In this document: positions 49,565 to 58,879 of the stretch, in pieces
Position numbering within the stretch: the stretch's first letter is position 1
Layout of the letters: every line of letters starts with the position of its first letter
Assembly (NCBI GenBank): GCA_012520995.1
Contig: JAAYNI010000010.1
Location: forward strand, 7,671-71,670
Length of the DNA: 64,000 nt
Direction of reading: 5' to 3'
From: Candidatus Rifleibacteriota bacterium
GTDB taxonomy: Bacteria; Muiribacteriota; Ozemobacteria; Ozemobacterales; Ozemobacteraceae
Notes under the pieces: generated by a model
The model's database searches: none
The model's input: the letters and a program-made list of their open reading frames with translations, nothing else
What the model was told of the DNA's origin: nothing
Program-made: the position numbers and the translations under genes

Positions 49565-51157
49565 TTGCCAAGCACCACGGCAAGTTCCTTGTCCGAGCAA
49601 AGCAGTCGTCAAATGGCACCGCCCGAGCCTTTCGGACAGCGCCATTATATGGAACTGCTCACAGAAAAAGAGTATCTGCTGGCAGAAAGCGAAGCCAGCG
49701 ACTTTCTTCTGTCTGAGTTTCTCATGGAACATGCTTCTTCCACAGAGGATGTTTCTTCCGAACTCATAGAAACTGTTAAAACAGAAATAGCAGCAACTGC
49801 AGCGGAAATCAAAGCAGAAAAAAAAGCTGTTCTCAGCTCCGTAAAATTCAGAACAGAAGAAGCACATGGAGTTATGGAGTTTTTCTTTGACAAACCAGTG
49901 CAAATACTGAAGAGAAATACAGGCATTTCTCTATTGAAGCTCAGATTCGTTCCGGCTCTGGAAGAACTGGCTCCTGAAGTGACTGCTCAGATAGAAGAAA
50001 AGTTCAACAAAGTCACTTTCTATTACACAGACTCATACACAGAACTGCTTTTAGCCACAGACCATAAGTTCGGCACTCCTTATACTGCTTCCAAAGAAAA
50101 TGAGCCATTCAGGCTTTGCGTGCCATTCCGCCTTGAAGAAAAAGGTTTTCCTCTTGTTCACGGCACAAGAATACAAAACGGTCTTGTCTATTACAGAGAC
50201 AGAACTCCCAGCGGCAACGGCATGTCAGATATTCATATTTTAAAAATCGATCCATTTGCAGACAATTTGGATTTGATTCCATCACTCGGACAAGGCGGCA
50301 TTTCAAAGAGAGAAACCCTCTCTTCCATGTCCAAACGATATAAAGCTTTGGCAGGAATAAACGGCGCTTATTTCGCAGCTAACGGTTCACCTATTGGAAC
50401 CCTTATAATAAACAAAAAATTATTAAGTTCTTCGCTTTACAAAAGATCTGTTTTTGGTATAACAGAAGATGGTATACTAGCATTTGGGAATCCGGACTTT
50501 TCCGGGACACTCAAGGCGGGCAGTCTGTCTATTGAAATAGACGCGGTCAATCAGCCGCTTTCAGACAACTCGCTTGTGGTCTATACTCCCGAATACGTCA
50601 ACAATACCGCGGCAGATCCTCCGGAGCTGACAGCAGTTCTTGTAAAGGGAAAAATTGTGGGAATTTATCAAAACGACGCTTTGATTCCTCCTGATGGCGT
50701 AGCTGTATCCGCCACAGGCGAAAAAGCAGCGCTTCTTTCCAAGTTGTCTCTTGGACAATCCGTCAAGCTTGATTATTCAATTCAAAAACCTTGGAACAAC
50801 ATTAAACACGCCATTTGCGGCGGTCCAAGGCTATTAGCTGACGGACAGATTTCAATCAACGGACAAGAAGAAAAGTTCCATTATTCCATAGTCAAAGGCA
50901 GACATCCGCGAACAGCGGTTGGAGCAACCTTTGACGGAGATCTTCTCTTTGTCGTGGTAGACGGCAGATCCGCTAGAAGCAAGGGCATGACCCTTCAAGA
51001 ACTCGCAGCCTACCTCCAGAAGCTAGGTGTTCGCCATGCTATCAACCTTGACGGCGGCGGCTCAACTTCAATGGTGATAAACGACAAAACCGTCAACATA
51101 CCGTCTGACGGAAGAGAGAGAAGGATTTCCAATGGCATTCTTATTACGGCGCGCTAA
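49565..51157 (+). CDS. phosphodiester glycosidase family protein (DUF2233/NAGPA-like C-terminal domain)
   Basis: C-terminal ...ICGGPRLLADGQ...AVGATFDGDLLFVVVDGRS...AINLDGGGSTSMV. The N-terminal 180 aa are uncharacterised and the start is uncertain. Confidence 0.6.
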   Translation: MPSTTASSLSEQSSRQMAPPEPFGQRHYMELLTEKEYLLAESEASDFLLSEFLMEHASSTEDVSSELIETVKTEIAATAAEIKAEKKAVLSSVKFRTEEAHGVMEFFFDKPVQILKRNTGISLLKLRFVPALEELAPEVTAQIEEKFNKVTFYYTDSYTELLLATDHKFGTPYTASKENEPFRLCVPFRLEEKGFPLVHGTRIQNGLVYYRDRTPSGNGMSDIHILKIDPFADNLDLIPSLGQGGISKRETLSSMSKRYKALAGINGAYFAANGSPIGTLIINKKLLSSSLYKRSVFGITEDGILAFGNPDFSGTLKAGSLSIEIDAVNQPLSDNSLVVYTPEYVNNTAADPPELTAVLVKGKIVGIYQNDALIPPDGVAVSATGEKAALLSKLSLGQSVKLDYSIQKPWNNIKHAICGGPRLLADGQISINGQEEKFHYSIVKGRHPRTAVGATFDGDLLFVVVDGRSARSKGMTLQELAAYLQKLGVRHAINLDGGGSTSMVINDKTVNIPSDGRERRISNGILITAR

Positions 51158-52988
51158 AAGACAATTTTCCGCGACGCTTATTTTCAGCATAATCTCAGCA
51201 TTTTTATTTCCGACAAGCATTTTTGCCAACACGAAAATAATGCCCGCCAAAGATGTGCGCATAGGCATGAAAGGCTTCGGAAAAACTGTTATCGAAGGCA
51301 GAAAAATAGAAACCTTCGAAGTTGAAGTTTTAGGAATTCTTGCCAATAACAAAGTAAACGAAAGCCCTTCTCCGACAGGTCAATCCTTTATGGTGCGAGT
51401 AAGCGGCGATGTAATCAGAAGAGCTGGCGGAATAGCCGCGGGAATGAGCGGCAGCCCTGTTTATATCAACAATATGCTGATAGGCGGTATCAGCTCAGGC
51501 TGGCTTATGACAGACCACACGGTCGGGCTTGTAACGCCAATAGAAGAAATGATTGCAATCTGGCAATATCCAAATCTTTCAGCTGCTTTGCCTTCTGGCA
51601 AGAAAAGTGCCGATTCTTCTATATGGACACTCTCAGAGCCTGTAAAGCTTGCAGGCAAAGAGTATAACAAAATCAGAGAAGTTCCCTTCACAAAAGCAGA
51701 AGAAATCTGCCTTGAAGAAGATGAAGCAGCCTTTGTTTACGCTGCTTCCGACATACTCATTGAAGGCCTTTCCGGAAAAGCGGCAGCAAATGTAAAAAAC
51801 CGTTTCAAAGACAGAAATATCAGAATAATGGAATCAAAATTCAAAACCTCTTATTCTGAACCCGCAAGAAACCCAGACCTCTTTGCAGAAATATCTCCCA
51901 GCGCTTACGAACCAGGTTCCAGCATAGGAATACAGCTCGCCAGAGGCGATATAAACATGGTATCACTGGGCACACTGACTCACAGAGAAGGAGAACTGAT
52001 TTTAGGTCTTTCCCATTCTTTTTTAGGAACAGGAGCTGTATCCTATCTTATGACAGCCGCCTATATACATCACTCTTTTTCCAGTGTTCAGATGCCTTTC
52101 AAAATAGGCTCACCTGTTGAAATGATTGGCATAATAACTCAAGACAGAGAAAAAGGAGTAGCCGGTGAAATAGGTCGCCTTCCTTTAATGATCCCCATTA
52201 GCATAGATGTTTCCGATCGTGACATAAACATCTCCAAAACGATAAACTTTCAGATTGTAAGAGATCCTTCAGTATTTTTGACTATTCTGGAATCTTCAAT
52301 ACTGCAGGCAATAAACAGCTCCATGGACAGAACTGGCGGCGGCACCGCTAAAATAGGCATTTCATTTGAATGCGCAAACAGGGAAAATAAATACTACTTT
52401 TTCCGCAGAGACAATATTTTCTATTCAAAAAACGATATTGCCCAGACAATTGCCTCAGACTTAATCTCCATAATGGAGAATGTTACTGAAAACGAAGATG
52501 AAGAAGTTATGCCCACAAGGATTCTCATAAAACTTGAGTTCCAGAAAGAGCGAAAGACACTTGCAATAGAAAAGGTTGAAATAAAAAACTCTTCTATAAC
52601 CAGCGGAGGCGTATTAAACGTCGAAGTAACCTTGAAACCTTATCGCAAACCTTCTTTCATACGAAAAGTGGATCTCACAATCCCGGACGATATAGGCAAA
52701 GAAACCCTTGTATTATCCGTACAAGGACTTAACTTAAAGCCTTCGGAGCATCAGAACTTGATAACAGACGAGCACAAACCTCCTTCCGAAAGCGGCGGTT
52801 CTTCTTTTGAAGACAAAATGAAATATTGGGTCAGCAGTCCTAAGAACTCCGACCTTATTTTCACTCTTTATCCCGAAGGCAACGAGAGCAACAAACTGAA
52901 CTTGAATGGAAAAAGCTCTGAAATACAGCCCACCAATTTCGTTGTCATAGGAAAAATAGAAAACACCATAACTCTGAGCGAAGAATAA
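51132..52988 (+). CDS. putative serine peptidase (GMSGSP motif as in SpoIVB/S55) with an N-terminal signal/TM segment and a long C-terminal region
   Basis: The signal-like N-terminus is followed by ...AGGIAAGMSGSPVYINNMLIGGISSGW at about residue 100, resembling the S55/SpoIVB catalytic-serine motif but in an atypical position. It overlaps the upstream gene by 26 nt. Confidence 0.4.
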   Translation: MAFLLRRAKRQFSATLIFSIISAFLFPTSIFANTKIMPAKDVRIGMKGFGKTVIEGRKIETFEVEVLGILANNKVNESPSPTGQSFMVRVSGDVIRRAGGIAAGMSGSPVYINNMLIGGISSGWLMTDHTVGLVTPIEEMIAIWQYPNLSAALPSGKKSADSSIWTLSEPVKLAGKEYNKIREVPFTKAEEICLEEDEAAFVYAASDILIEGLSGKAAANVKNRFKDRNIRIMESKFKTSYSEPARNPDLFAEISPSAYEPGSSIGIQLARGDINMVSLGTLTHREGELILGLSHSFLGTGAVSYLMTAAYIHHSFSSVQMPFKIGSPVEMIGIITQDREKGVAGEIGRLPLMIPISIDVSDRDINISKTINFQIVRDPSVFLTILESSILQAINSSMDRTGGGTAKIGISFECANRENKYYFFRRDNIFYSKNDIAQTIASDLISIMENVTENEDEEVMPTRILIKLEFQKERKTLAIEKVEIKNSSITSGGVLNVEVTLKPYRKPSFIRKVDLTIPDDIGKETLVLSVQGLNLKPSEHQNLITDEHKPPSESGGSSFEDKMKYWVSSPKNSDLIFTLYPEGNESNKLNLNGKSSEIQPTNFVVIGKIENTITLSEE

Positions 52989-52989
52989 A

Positions 52990-53778
52990 ATGTATTTGAT
53001 AAAAAAAGCAAAACAGTTTCTCAATGAAGTCGGAGGCATGACAATCCTCTTCCTTCAAACGATTTACTGGACTATTCGCAACATACGCTCTGGTAAGTTT
53101 GATGTCAAAGGTCTGATAGACCAAATGGCACATATAGGAGTGGACTCAGTTCTAATGGTCTGCATTACAGGCGTTTCCGTCGGAGCCGTTCTGGTTGTTC
53201 AAATAGGTTATCAATTCGCTCAAATGGGTGCTCAAGGCTATGTGGGCGGCGTTGTCGCATTGGCCATGGCCAGAGAAATGGCGCCTATTCTCACCTCCAT
53301 AGTAGTTGCAGGCAGAGTCGGAAGCTCTATCGCCGCTGAGCTTGGCACTATGAAAATAACGGAACAAATAGACGCTCTTGACACCTTGGCGACCAATCCT
53401 GTCGATTATCTTGTAGTTCCGAGATTCTGGGCATGCACAATAATGCTTGTTATGCTCACAGTTCTTGTAAACGTAGTAGGAATGATTGGCGGAGCAGTTG
53501 TTGCGGTTTACCAGATAGACTTGACTCTTGAATCTTTCACCAACTCTGTCTTGGAATGGCTGAGAGTCTATGACCTTTTCGGAGGGCTTTTCAAGGCTAT
53601 GGTTTTTGGAGCAATCATTGCAATAATCGGGTGCTTCAAAGGTTTCACCACTTCCGGCGGTGCAGAAGGCGTAGGAAAAAGCACAACTGACTCTGTTGTT
53701 GTTGCTATTATGATGATTCTTGCTGTAAACTACTTTCTGACCGTTTTTATAAGCAATCTGAACAGCATTATTTTCTGA
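52990..53778 (+). CDS. mlaE: ABC transporter permease, MlaE family
   Basis: MlaE/Ttg2B-like TM protein (ELGTMKITEQIDAL). Confidence 0.8.
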   Translation: MYLIKKAKQFLNEVGGMTILFLQTIYWTIRNIRSGKFDVKGLIDQMAHIGVDSVLMVCITGVSVGAVLVVQIGYQFAQMGAQGYVGGVVALAMAREMAPILTSIVVAGRVGSSIAAELGTMKITEQIDALDTLATNPVDYLVVPRFWACTIMLVMLTVLVNVVGMIGGAVVAVYQIDLTLESFTNSVLEWLRVYDLFGGLFKAMVFGAIIAIIGCFKGFTTSGGAEGVGKSTTDSVVVAIMMILAVNYFLTVFISNLNSIIF

Positions 53779-54524
53779 TGATTATCGTCTCTAACTTACA
53801 TAAAAGTTTTGGCTCCAAAGCCGTTTTAAAAGGCGTAAATCTCAAGATTTACGATGGAGAGTCATTAGTGATTCTCGGCCCTTCCGGATGCGGCAAAAGT
53901 GTTTTACTTAAGCACATAATAGGTCTGATGAAGCCAGACAAAGGACAGATACTTATAGACGGTGAAGACATTACAAAACTTGAACAAACAAGAATGGACG
54001 AACTGCGTATGAGGATGGGTATGCTCTTCCAGTCAGCGGCTCTCTTCGACTCCTTAAATGTCGAGGACAACATAGCTTTCGGAATAAACAGACACACCTC
54101 TCTTTCCAAAAGAGCGGTACATCATCTTGTCTCTGAGAAGCTTGAAATGGTCGGACTGCCTGGCACAAACTATCTTATGCCCTCTGAATTGTCAGGCGGT
54201 ATGAGAAAACGTGTCGGATTAGCACGAGCTATAGCCATGGAGCCTGAAATTATCCTTTATGACGAGCCTACCACAGGCCTTGATCCAATCATGACTTCCG
54301 CTATTGACGAACTTCATCTTTCGCTCAAAGAAAAGCTGGGAGTTACTTCAATTATGGTTACTCACGACATGAAATCTGCTTTCAGAGTAGCCGACAGAGT
54401 GGCTCTTCATTATGGCGGACAAATAGTTGAAATAGGAAGCAAAGAAGAAATCATGAATTCCCAAAACCCATTAGTGCAGCAGTTTGTAAGAGGCGAGGCT
54501 CAAGGGCCTATGACTCAATTGTAA
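53778..54524 (+). CDS. mlaF: ABC transporter ATP-binding protein, MlaF family
   Basis: Walker A GPSGCGKS, the signature LSGGMRKR and Walker B ILYDEP. Confidence 0.85.
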   Translation: MIIVSNLHKSFGSKAVLKGVNLKIYDGESLVILGPSGCGKSVLLKHIIGLMKPDKGQILIDGEDITKLEQTRMDELRMRMGMLFQSAALFDSLNVEDNIAFGINRHTSLSKRAVHHLVSEKLEMVGLPGTNYLMPSELSGGMRKRVGLARAIAMEPEIILYDEPTTGLDPIMTSAIDELHLSLKEKLGVTSIMVTHDMKSAFRVADRVALHYGGQIVEIGSKEEIMNSQNPLVQQFVRGEAQGPMTQL

Positions 54525-54537
54525 AGAGGAAGAGCAA

Positions 54538-55923
54538 ATGACATCCACAACAAAAGTTGGCATAATGACCCTTCTGGTAACAACACTGCTCGTATATTTG
54601 GTATTCGTAATAGGCGACTACAGCTTCAAAGAAAAGGGTTACTCATTTACAATCAGTTTTTACGCAGTAAACGGCCTCAGCCGCGGCTCAAGGGTCTCTA
54701 TTTCCGGGGTCAACATAGGCAAGGTCGAAGACATAAACATAGTGGATGACCAAGTATACGTTCTTGTCTCAATTCAAGATAAAAAATATCACATCAGACG
54801 AAAAAACACTTTTACTATATCCTCGGCAGGCCTTATGGGTGAAAAATTTGTAGAAATAGTTCCTACAAGAGACTATACCTCGCCATATGTTGCTCCTGGA
54901 GAAGTAGTTCCTGGAACCGACCCAACCAGAATGGAAGAGCTCTTTGAAAGAGGAAATGCCCTGATTCACCGATTACAGGAAGTTACAGACGCGGCAAAAG
55001 ATCTCCTTGGCGATCCCTCCATCAAAGAAAACGCCAAGCTGTTGGTGCAAAACGCAAAAGATGCTTCTGTAAATATTTCCGAGATAACCGCTTCATTAAA
55101 AAGCAAGACCGACAGCATTGCAGATAATCTTGTAAGACTGCTGGATAACCTCTCAACTGAGATCGAAGGTAATAAAATTGCTATAAAAGAACTTATAGCC
55201 AACTTCCGAGATCTCAGTGAAAAGCTAAACGGCATGACAGGCGAAAACAGAGAGAATATAAAAGAAATAGTAACCAGCGTCAAAGGAGCCGTCAGCAATC
55301 TGGAGAAAATTCTGGAAGACTTGAGCAAAAACAACGATATGAGCGGCGATATCAAGAAAACTGCCGAAGCTCTCAGGAAAACTGCTGAAAACACAGAAGA
55401 AATAACTGCTGAATTGAAAAAAAACATCAATGACCCTGAAATAAGATCGAAAGTTTCGGGAACTCTGAAGGATGTCAACAAGATTGCTTCAACTGCTGAT
55501 AAAATCTTTACAGGATTTAAAGAGACGCAATTCAATTTCAAATATCATCTGAGGTATTTTGAACCTACTGATGATATTCTCTCAGACATAAATCTGGATA
55601 TGCTTAAGAGCAATGATTCTTTCTTCAGAATAGGAATCGAAGACATAGGAAACGAAAACGATTTTACATTCATGTTCGGACAAAAAACCAATAAACCCAA
55701 GCTCACGTCAAGAGCTGGCATATTAGCTTCTAAAATAGCTCTTGGAGCTGATTATCAAGCCACTGACAAAATACTTTTCAGCGTAGACATGATAGACACC
55801 AAAGACTTTGACATAAGACTCACTGCAGATTACAAGGTTGACGACCATATGAACTTTAAAGTCAGAATGGATGAAACGCTGAAAGACCAAAATCTGAGTT
55901 TCGGGTTAGAATACACTTTCTAG
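54538..55923 (+). CDS. mlaD: MCE-domain protein (MlaD-like) with a long coiled-coil C-terminal region
   Basis: N-terminal TM segment plus an MCE domain (FTISFYAVNGLSRGSRVSISGVNIGKVEDI). Confidence 0.75.
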   Translation: MTSTTKVGIMTLLVTTLLVYLVFVIGDYSFKEKGYSFTISFYAVNGLSRGSRVSISGVNIGKVEDINIVDDQVYVLVSIQDKKYHIRRKNTFTISSAGLMGEKFVEIVPTRDYTSPYVAPGEVVPGTDPTRMEELFERGNALIHRLQEVTDAAKDLLGDPSIKENAKLLVQNAKDASVNISEITASLKSKTDSIADNLVRLLDNLSTEIEGNKIAIKELIANFRDLSEKLNGMTGENRENIKEIVTSVKGAVSNLEKILEDLSKNNDMSGDIKKTAEALRKTAENTEEITAELKKNINDPEIRSKVSGTLKDVNKIASTADKIFTGFKETQFNFKYHLRYFEPTDDILSDINLDMLKSNDSFFRIGIEDIGNENDFTFMFGQKTNKPKLTSRAGILASKIALGADYQATDKILFSVDMIDTKDFDIRLTADYKVDDHMNFKVRMDETLKDQNLSFGLEYTF

Positions 55924-55974
55924 TGCAACGTAACATCTAAAACTTTTTTCCTGAATTTAATACTATATGCCATA

Positions 55975-56036
55975 ACACATTTTCCTTTCTCCTTCACGAA
56001 AGGGGAAATATTGTCGGAAAATGTGTTACCTTTTTG
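55975..56036 (+). terminator. candidate rho-independent terminator of the mla operon (long compound hairpin)
   Basis: aacacattttcc...ggaaaatgtgtt forms a 12-bp stem around the inner hairpin ccttcacgaaagg, followed by TTTTT. Confidence 0.4.
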
Positions 56037-56439
56037 GGGTCCGGATCATATAAGTATTATCAAGATTTGTTTTTTCAGAGCTTCAGCTGTTTAGCAGGCA
56101 TAGCAATTATTATGTCAAGCAATTGACTGCTTTGAGATGCTGGCAAATAGTTGTATCCTTGGATTGAGAGATGTCATCGAATGAATATTCCGAATATTTT
56201 GAGGCAAAAACCGATAGTAAATGAATTCTTCAAAGAGAATTCATTTATGGACAAGCCGCAGGTTAAGAACAGAGATTTACAAGTTTACTTGTGAAATCTC
56301 TGTCTTAAGCTGAGACTGAGCAAAAGCAGACATGCTTTTGCGAGATTTTTGGTCTTTATCGGTCCTTTATCTGTGTTAATCTGTGTTAATCTGTGGATAG
56401 AAATATAAATATATAAAAATTCAAGGAAAGATAATAAAA

Positions 56440-57468
56440 ATGAAAGAGAGCAAACCTAAGATTTTGCTGGTAACTACTGGCGGAACGATATCAATGCAAA
56501 AATCCGAAGACGGAACTTTTTTGCCAAGCAACAGCAGCGATTCTCAGCAGCTGACAGCTTCTATACCTGAGCTTAATGAACTCGCCGCAATAGACATCTT
56601 GCAGCTGGCAAACATCGACTCGACCAATCTGCAACCGGAACTCTGGGCTAAAATAGCTCAAACAATCTACAAGAACTATAAAAACTATGAGGGCTTTGTT
56701 TTGGCTCACGGAACAGATACTCTCGCCTATACTGCTTCCGCTCTGTCTTTTATGATACAGGAACTGGGAAAACCTATAGCCATTACCGGTTCTCAGGTTC
56801 CACTCATGCAAATAGGCTCAGACGGCAGAAACAATCTGATTAATGCAGTCAGGGTCGCTATTTCAGATATAGCAGAAGTAGCAGTGGTTTTTGGCTCAAC
56901 TATCATAAAAGGCTCCCGAGCAAAAAAGGTTTCAGCATTTGATATGGAAGCTTTCTCTTCAGTCAATGACGCAGAAATGGGCAAAATAGGCCTATCGCTT
57001 AAATTTTCCAAAGGCACACAATACAGAAGCAAGAAAAAGCCTATTCTTAGGACTGAATTGGAAACCAACATTGCTATGCTCCCTGTTTATCCGGGAATCA
57101 AACCCGAGGTAATAGACTTTTTGGCAGAAACTCACAAGGGAATCGTCCTTGAAGGATACGGCGCAGGCAACATACCAACAGGCGAATTCGGTATTGACTT
57201 GGCTGTCAAAAGAGCTATTGACAAGGGCGTGCCCGTAGTAATTTGCACTCAATGCGTTATAGGCTCAACTGAAATGGAACTATATCAAGTCGGCAGATCC
57301 GCATTAGATGCAGGCGCTATACCGGCAATGGACATGACGCCTGAATCGGCTTTCGTCAAACTTATGTGGGTTATGGCTCAAACAAAGGATTTAAGCAGTA
57401 TTGCAGCCATGATGCAGAAAAACTTTGCAGGGGAAGTCCACGAACTGGGCGGCCTATATGACATCTAG
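56440..57468 (+). CDS. ansA: L-asparaginase, type I-like
   Basis: N-terminus KILLVTTGGTISMQ (the TGGTIA motif). It has a second conserved block (HGTDT) and length 342 aa. Confidence 0.85.
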   Translation: MKESKPKILLVTTGGTISMQKSEDGTFLPSNSSDSQQLTASIPELNELAAIDILQLANIDSTNLQPELWAKIAQTIYKNYKNYEGFVLAHGTDTLAYTASALSFMIQELGKPIAITGSQVPLMQIGSDGRNNLINAVRVAISDIAEVAVVFGSTIIKGSRAKKVSAFDMEAFSSVNDAEMGKIGLSLKFSKGTQYRSKKKPILRTELETNIAMLPVYPGIKPEVIDFLAETHKGIVLEGYGAGNIPTGEFGIDLAVKRAIDKGVPVVICTQCVIGSTEMELYQVGRSALDAGAIPAMDMTPESAFVKLMWVMAQTKDLSSIAAMMQKNFAGEVHELGGLYDI

Positions 57469-57655
57469 CGCTTTGTTTTGTCTAAAACTTTCCTGTAAGC
57501 CTTTCAAAATATCCGCTTATAAGATCGCGCCGTGATGAGTGGTGCGTGGCGAGTGCGAGCTTTAATAGTGTAAAATATAGGGTGTAAAGTGTAAAAATAA
57601 ATACTCGGTTTTTCTATCCTTTCCACACCCTACGCCCTAATCCCCACTCCCTGAT
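57467..57655. mobile_element. MITE-like family copy B, inverted relative to copy A, filling the gap between convergent stop codons
   Basis: It starts at the ansA TAG with TA-gcgctttgttttgtctaaaactttcctgtaagcctttcaaaat...ccgcttataagatcgc...gagtggtgcgtggcgag, which matches the reverse complement of 38580-38686. The 3' part contains the C-rich complement of the G4 motif (57624-57653). Confidence 0.5.
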
Positions 57656-57657
57656 GT

Positions 57658-58875
57658 TCACAGTGTGAGCGGCGCCTCGCTTAAAACCTGTGTCAATATC
57701 TTGCCTAGAACCTTTTTTTCAAAAGGACGGGACTCTTCACTCATGTTAAAACGTTCTCTCAAAGCCAATCTTCTAAGAGTTTCCGTAAAAGGGCTCTTGC
57801 CCGTACTCATTTTAGCGGTATATTTCGCCAAAAATTCCAAGGAATCCTCACAAGAAATAAATGGATCTGAACCCAGAGAAGCATTCAAAAAGTTGTCTGC
57901 AACTATAACGCTATGAAGCACAAAATCATTAGGCAAAGGCGGCAATGAATGATGTTCCGTTATAGACAACTCTATAAAATGAGGCAGATTTAAAGTATCT
58001 GAGAACATCTTTCCCGCTTCTATATGATTAAAAGCGAATATTTTATTCTCCGCTTCCAAGGAAGACAAACCAGCCGAATATCTGTTGTTTGAAGCAGTAT
58101 CATAATTTTTTGGAGCATAATCGGCCAAAAGCAAAGAACCTATATCATGAAGCAAACCGGCTGAAGCAGAAAGCCACCTCTGAGATTTATCTGAAACTGC
58201 CAGCATGGCAATAGTCTCACAAAGCAAAGAGCAATTTTTCATGTGCAGCAATTTTATAGAAGCTTCTTCAAATACATCTTCAAGCATTTTGAAGAGTTCA
58301 AAAACAAGCACGTAAGCAATGCCCTCGCCGCCTACAAAAGCCGCCGCTTTACTTAATGAATCATACGGCTCTTCTTTTGCTTCATTTGACTCATTTGCAA
58401 GCTCCAGAATTTTCATAGCAATTCTATGGTCGCCTGACAAAGCCGCCAAGGCATCTTTGATATTTGCCGGATCGTTTCTGAGAACTTTAAAAGCGGAAAA
58501 TATTTTTGATTGCATAAAAGGCAAACTTTTAAAATTATCTATGCCCGCCTTTACGCCTTTAAAAGTCGCAATACTTAAAAGAGCCTCATCTACGTCTTTG
58601 TAGAGAGGCAACTTGAATATTTTTTGCGGTATTTGCATTTGTCTTGTGAGCACTGCCTTCAGTTTTTTAAAACCAGGGTGCTCTACAAGCGCATCTTTCA
58701 CAGAAACTGGCAATATTCCGTTGGGCTGCAAAACCAAAACTACGAAATCATATTTATTCAAAGCGGTTTTAAGCAATGAAAAACTTTGGCTTGATGCGTG
58801 CATCATTTCATTTACACGCAGTTCCAAAATATTTCCGTCATGAAGCTTTATTTCAAAACCGCTATTGTTATGCAC
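57658..58875 (-). CDS. HDOD-domain signalling protein
   Basis: ...SASAGLLHDIGSLLL... HDOD signature in the C-terminal half. Confidence 0.55.
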   Translation of the reverse strand: MHNNSGFEIKLHDGNILELRVNEMMHASSQSFSLLKTALNKYDFVVLVLQPNGILPVSVKDALVEHPGFKKLKAVLTRQMQIPQKIFKLPLYKDVDEALLSIATFKGVKAGIDNFKSLPFMQSKIFSAFKVLRNDPANIKDALAALSGDHRIAMKILELANESNEAKEEPYDSLSKAAAFVGGEGIAYVLVFELFKMLEDVFEEASIKLLHMKNCSLLCETIAMLAVSDKSQRWLSASAGLLHDIGSLLLADYAPKNYDTASNNRYSAGLSSLEAENKIFAFNHIEAGKMFSDTLNLPHFIELSITEHHSLPPLPNDFVLHSVIVADNFLNASLGSDPFISCEDSLEFLAKYTAKMSTGKSPFTETLRRLALRERFNMSEESRPFEKKVLGKILTQVLSEAPLTL

Positions 58876-58879
58876 TGGT

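Noticed and set aside
51132-52988. Calling the 618-aa protein SpoIVB proper
   Set aside because: The GMSGSP motif is near the N-terminus, there is no PDZ domain and the protein has a long C-terminal extension. The architecture does not match SpoIVB, so I only call a generic putative serine peptidase.
56371-56403. Possibility that the DnaA-box-like motifs mark oriC
   Set aside because: Each site has only one box, the sites are spaced kilobases apart, and no dnaA or dnaN gene or AT-rich unwinding element is adjacent. I treat it as a dispersed motif, not an origin.
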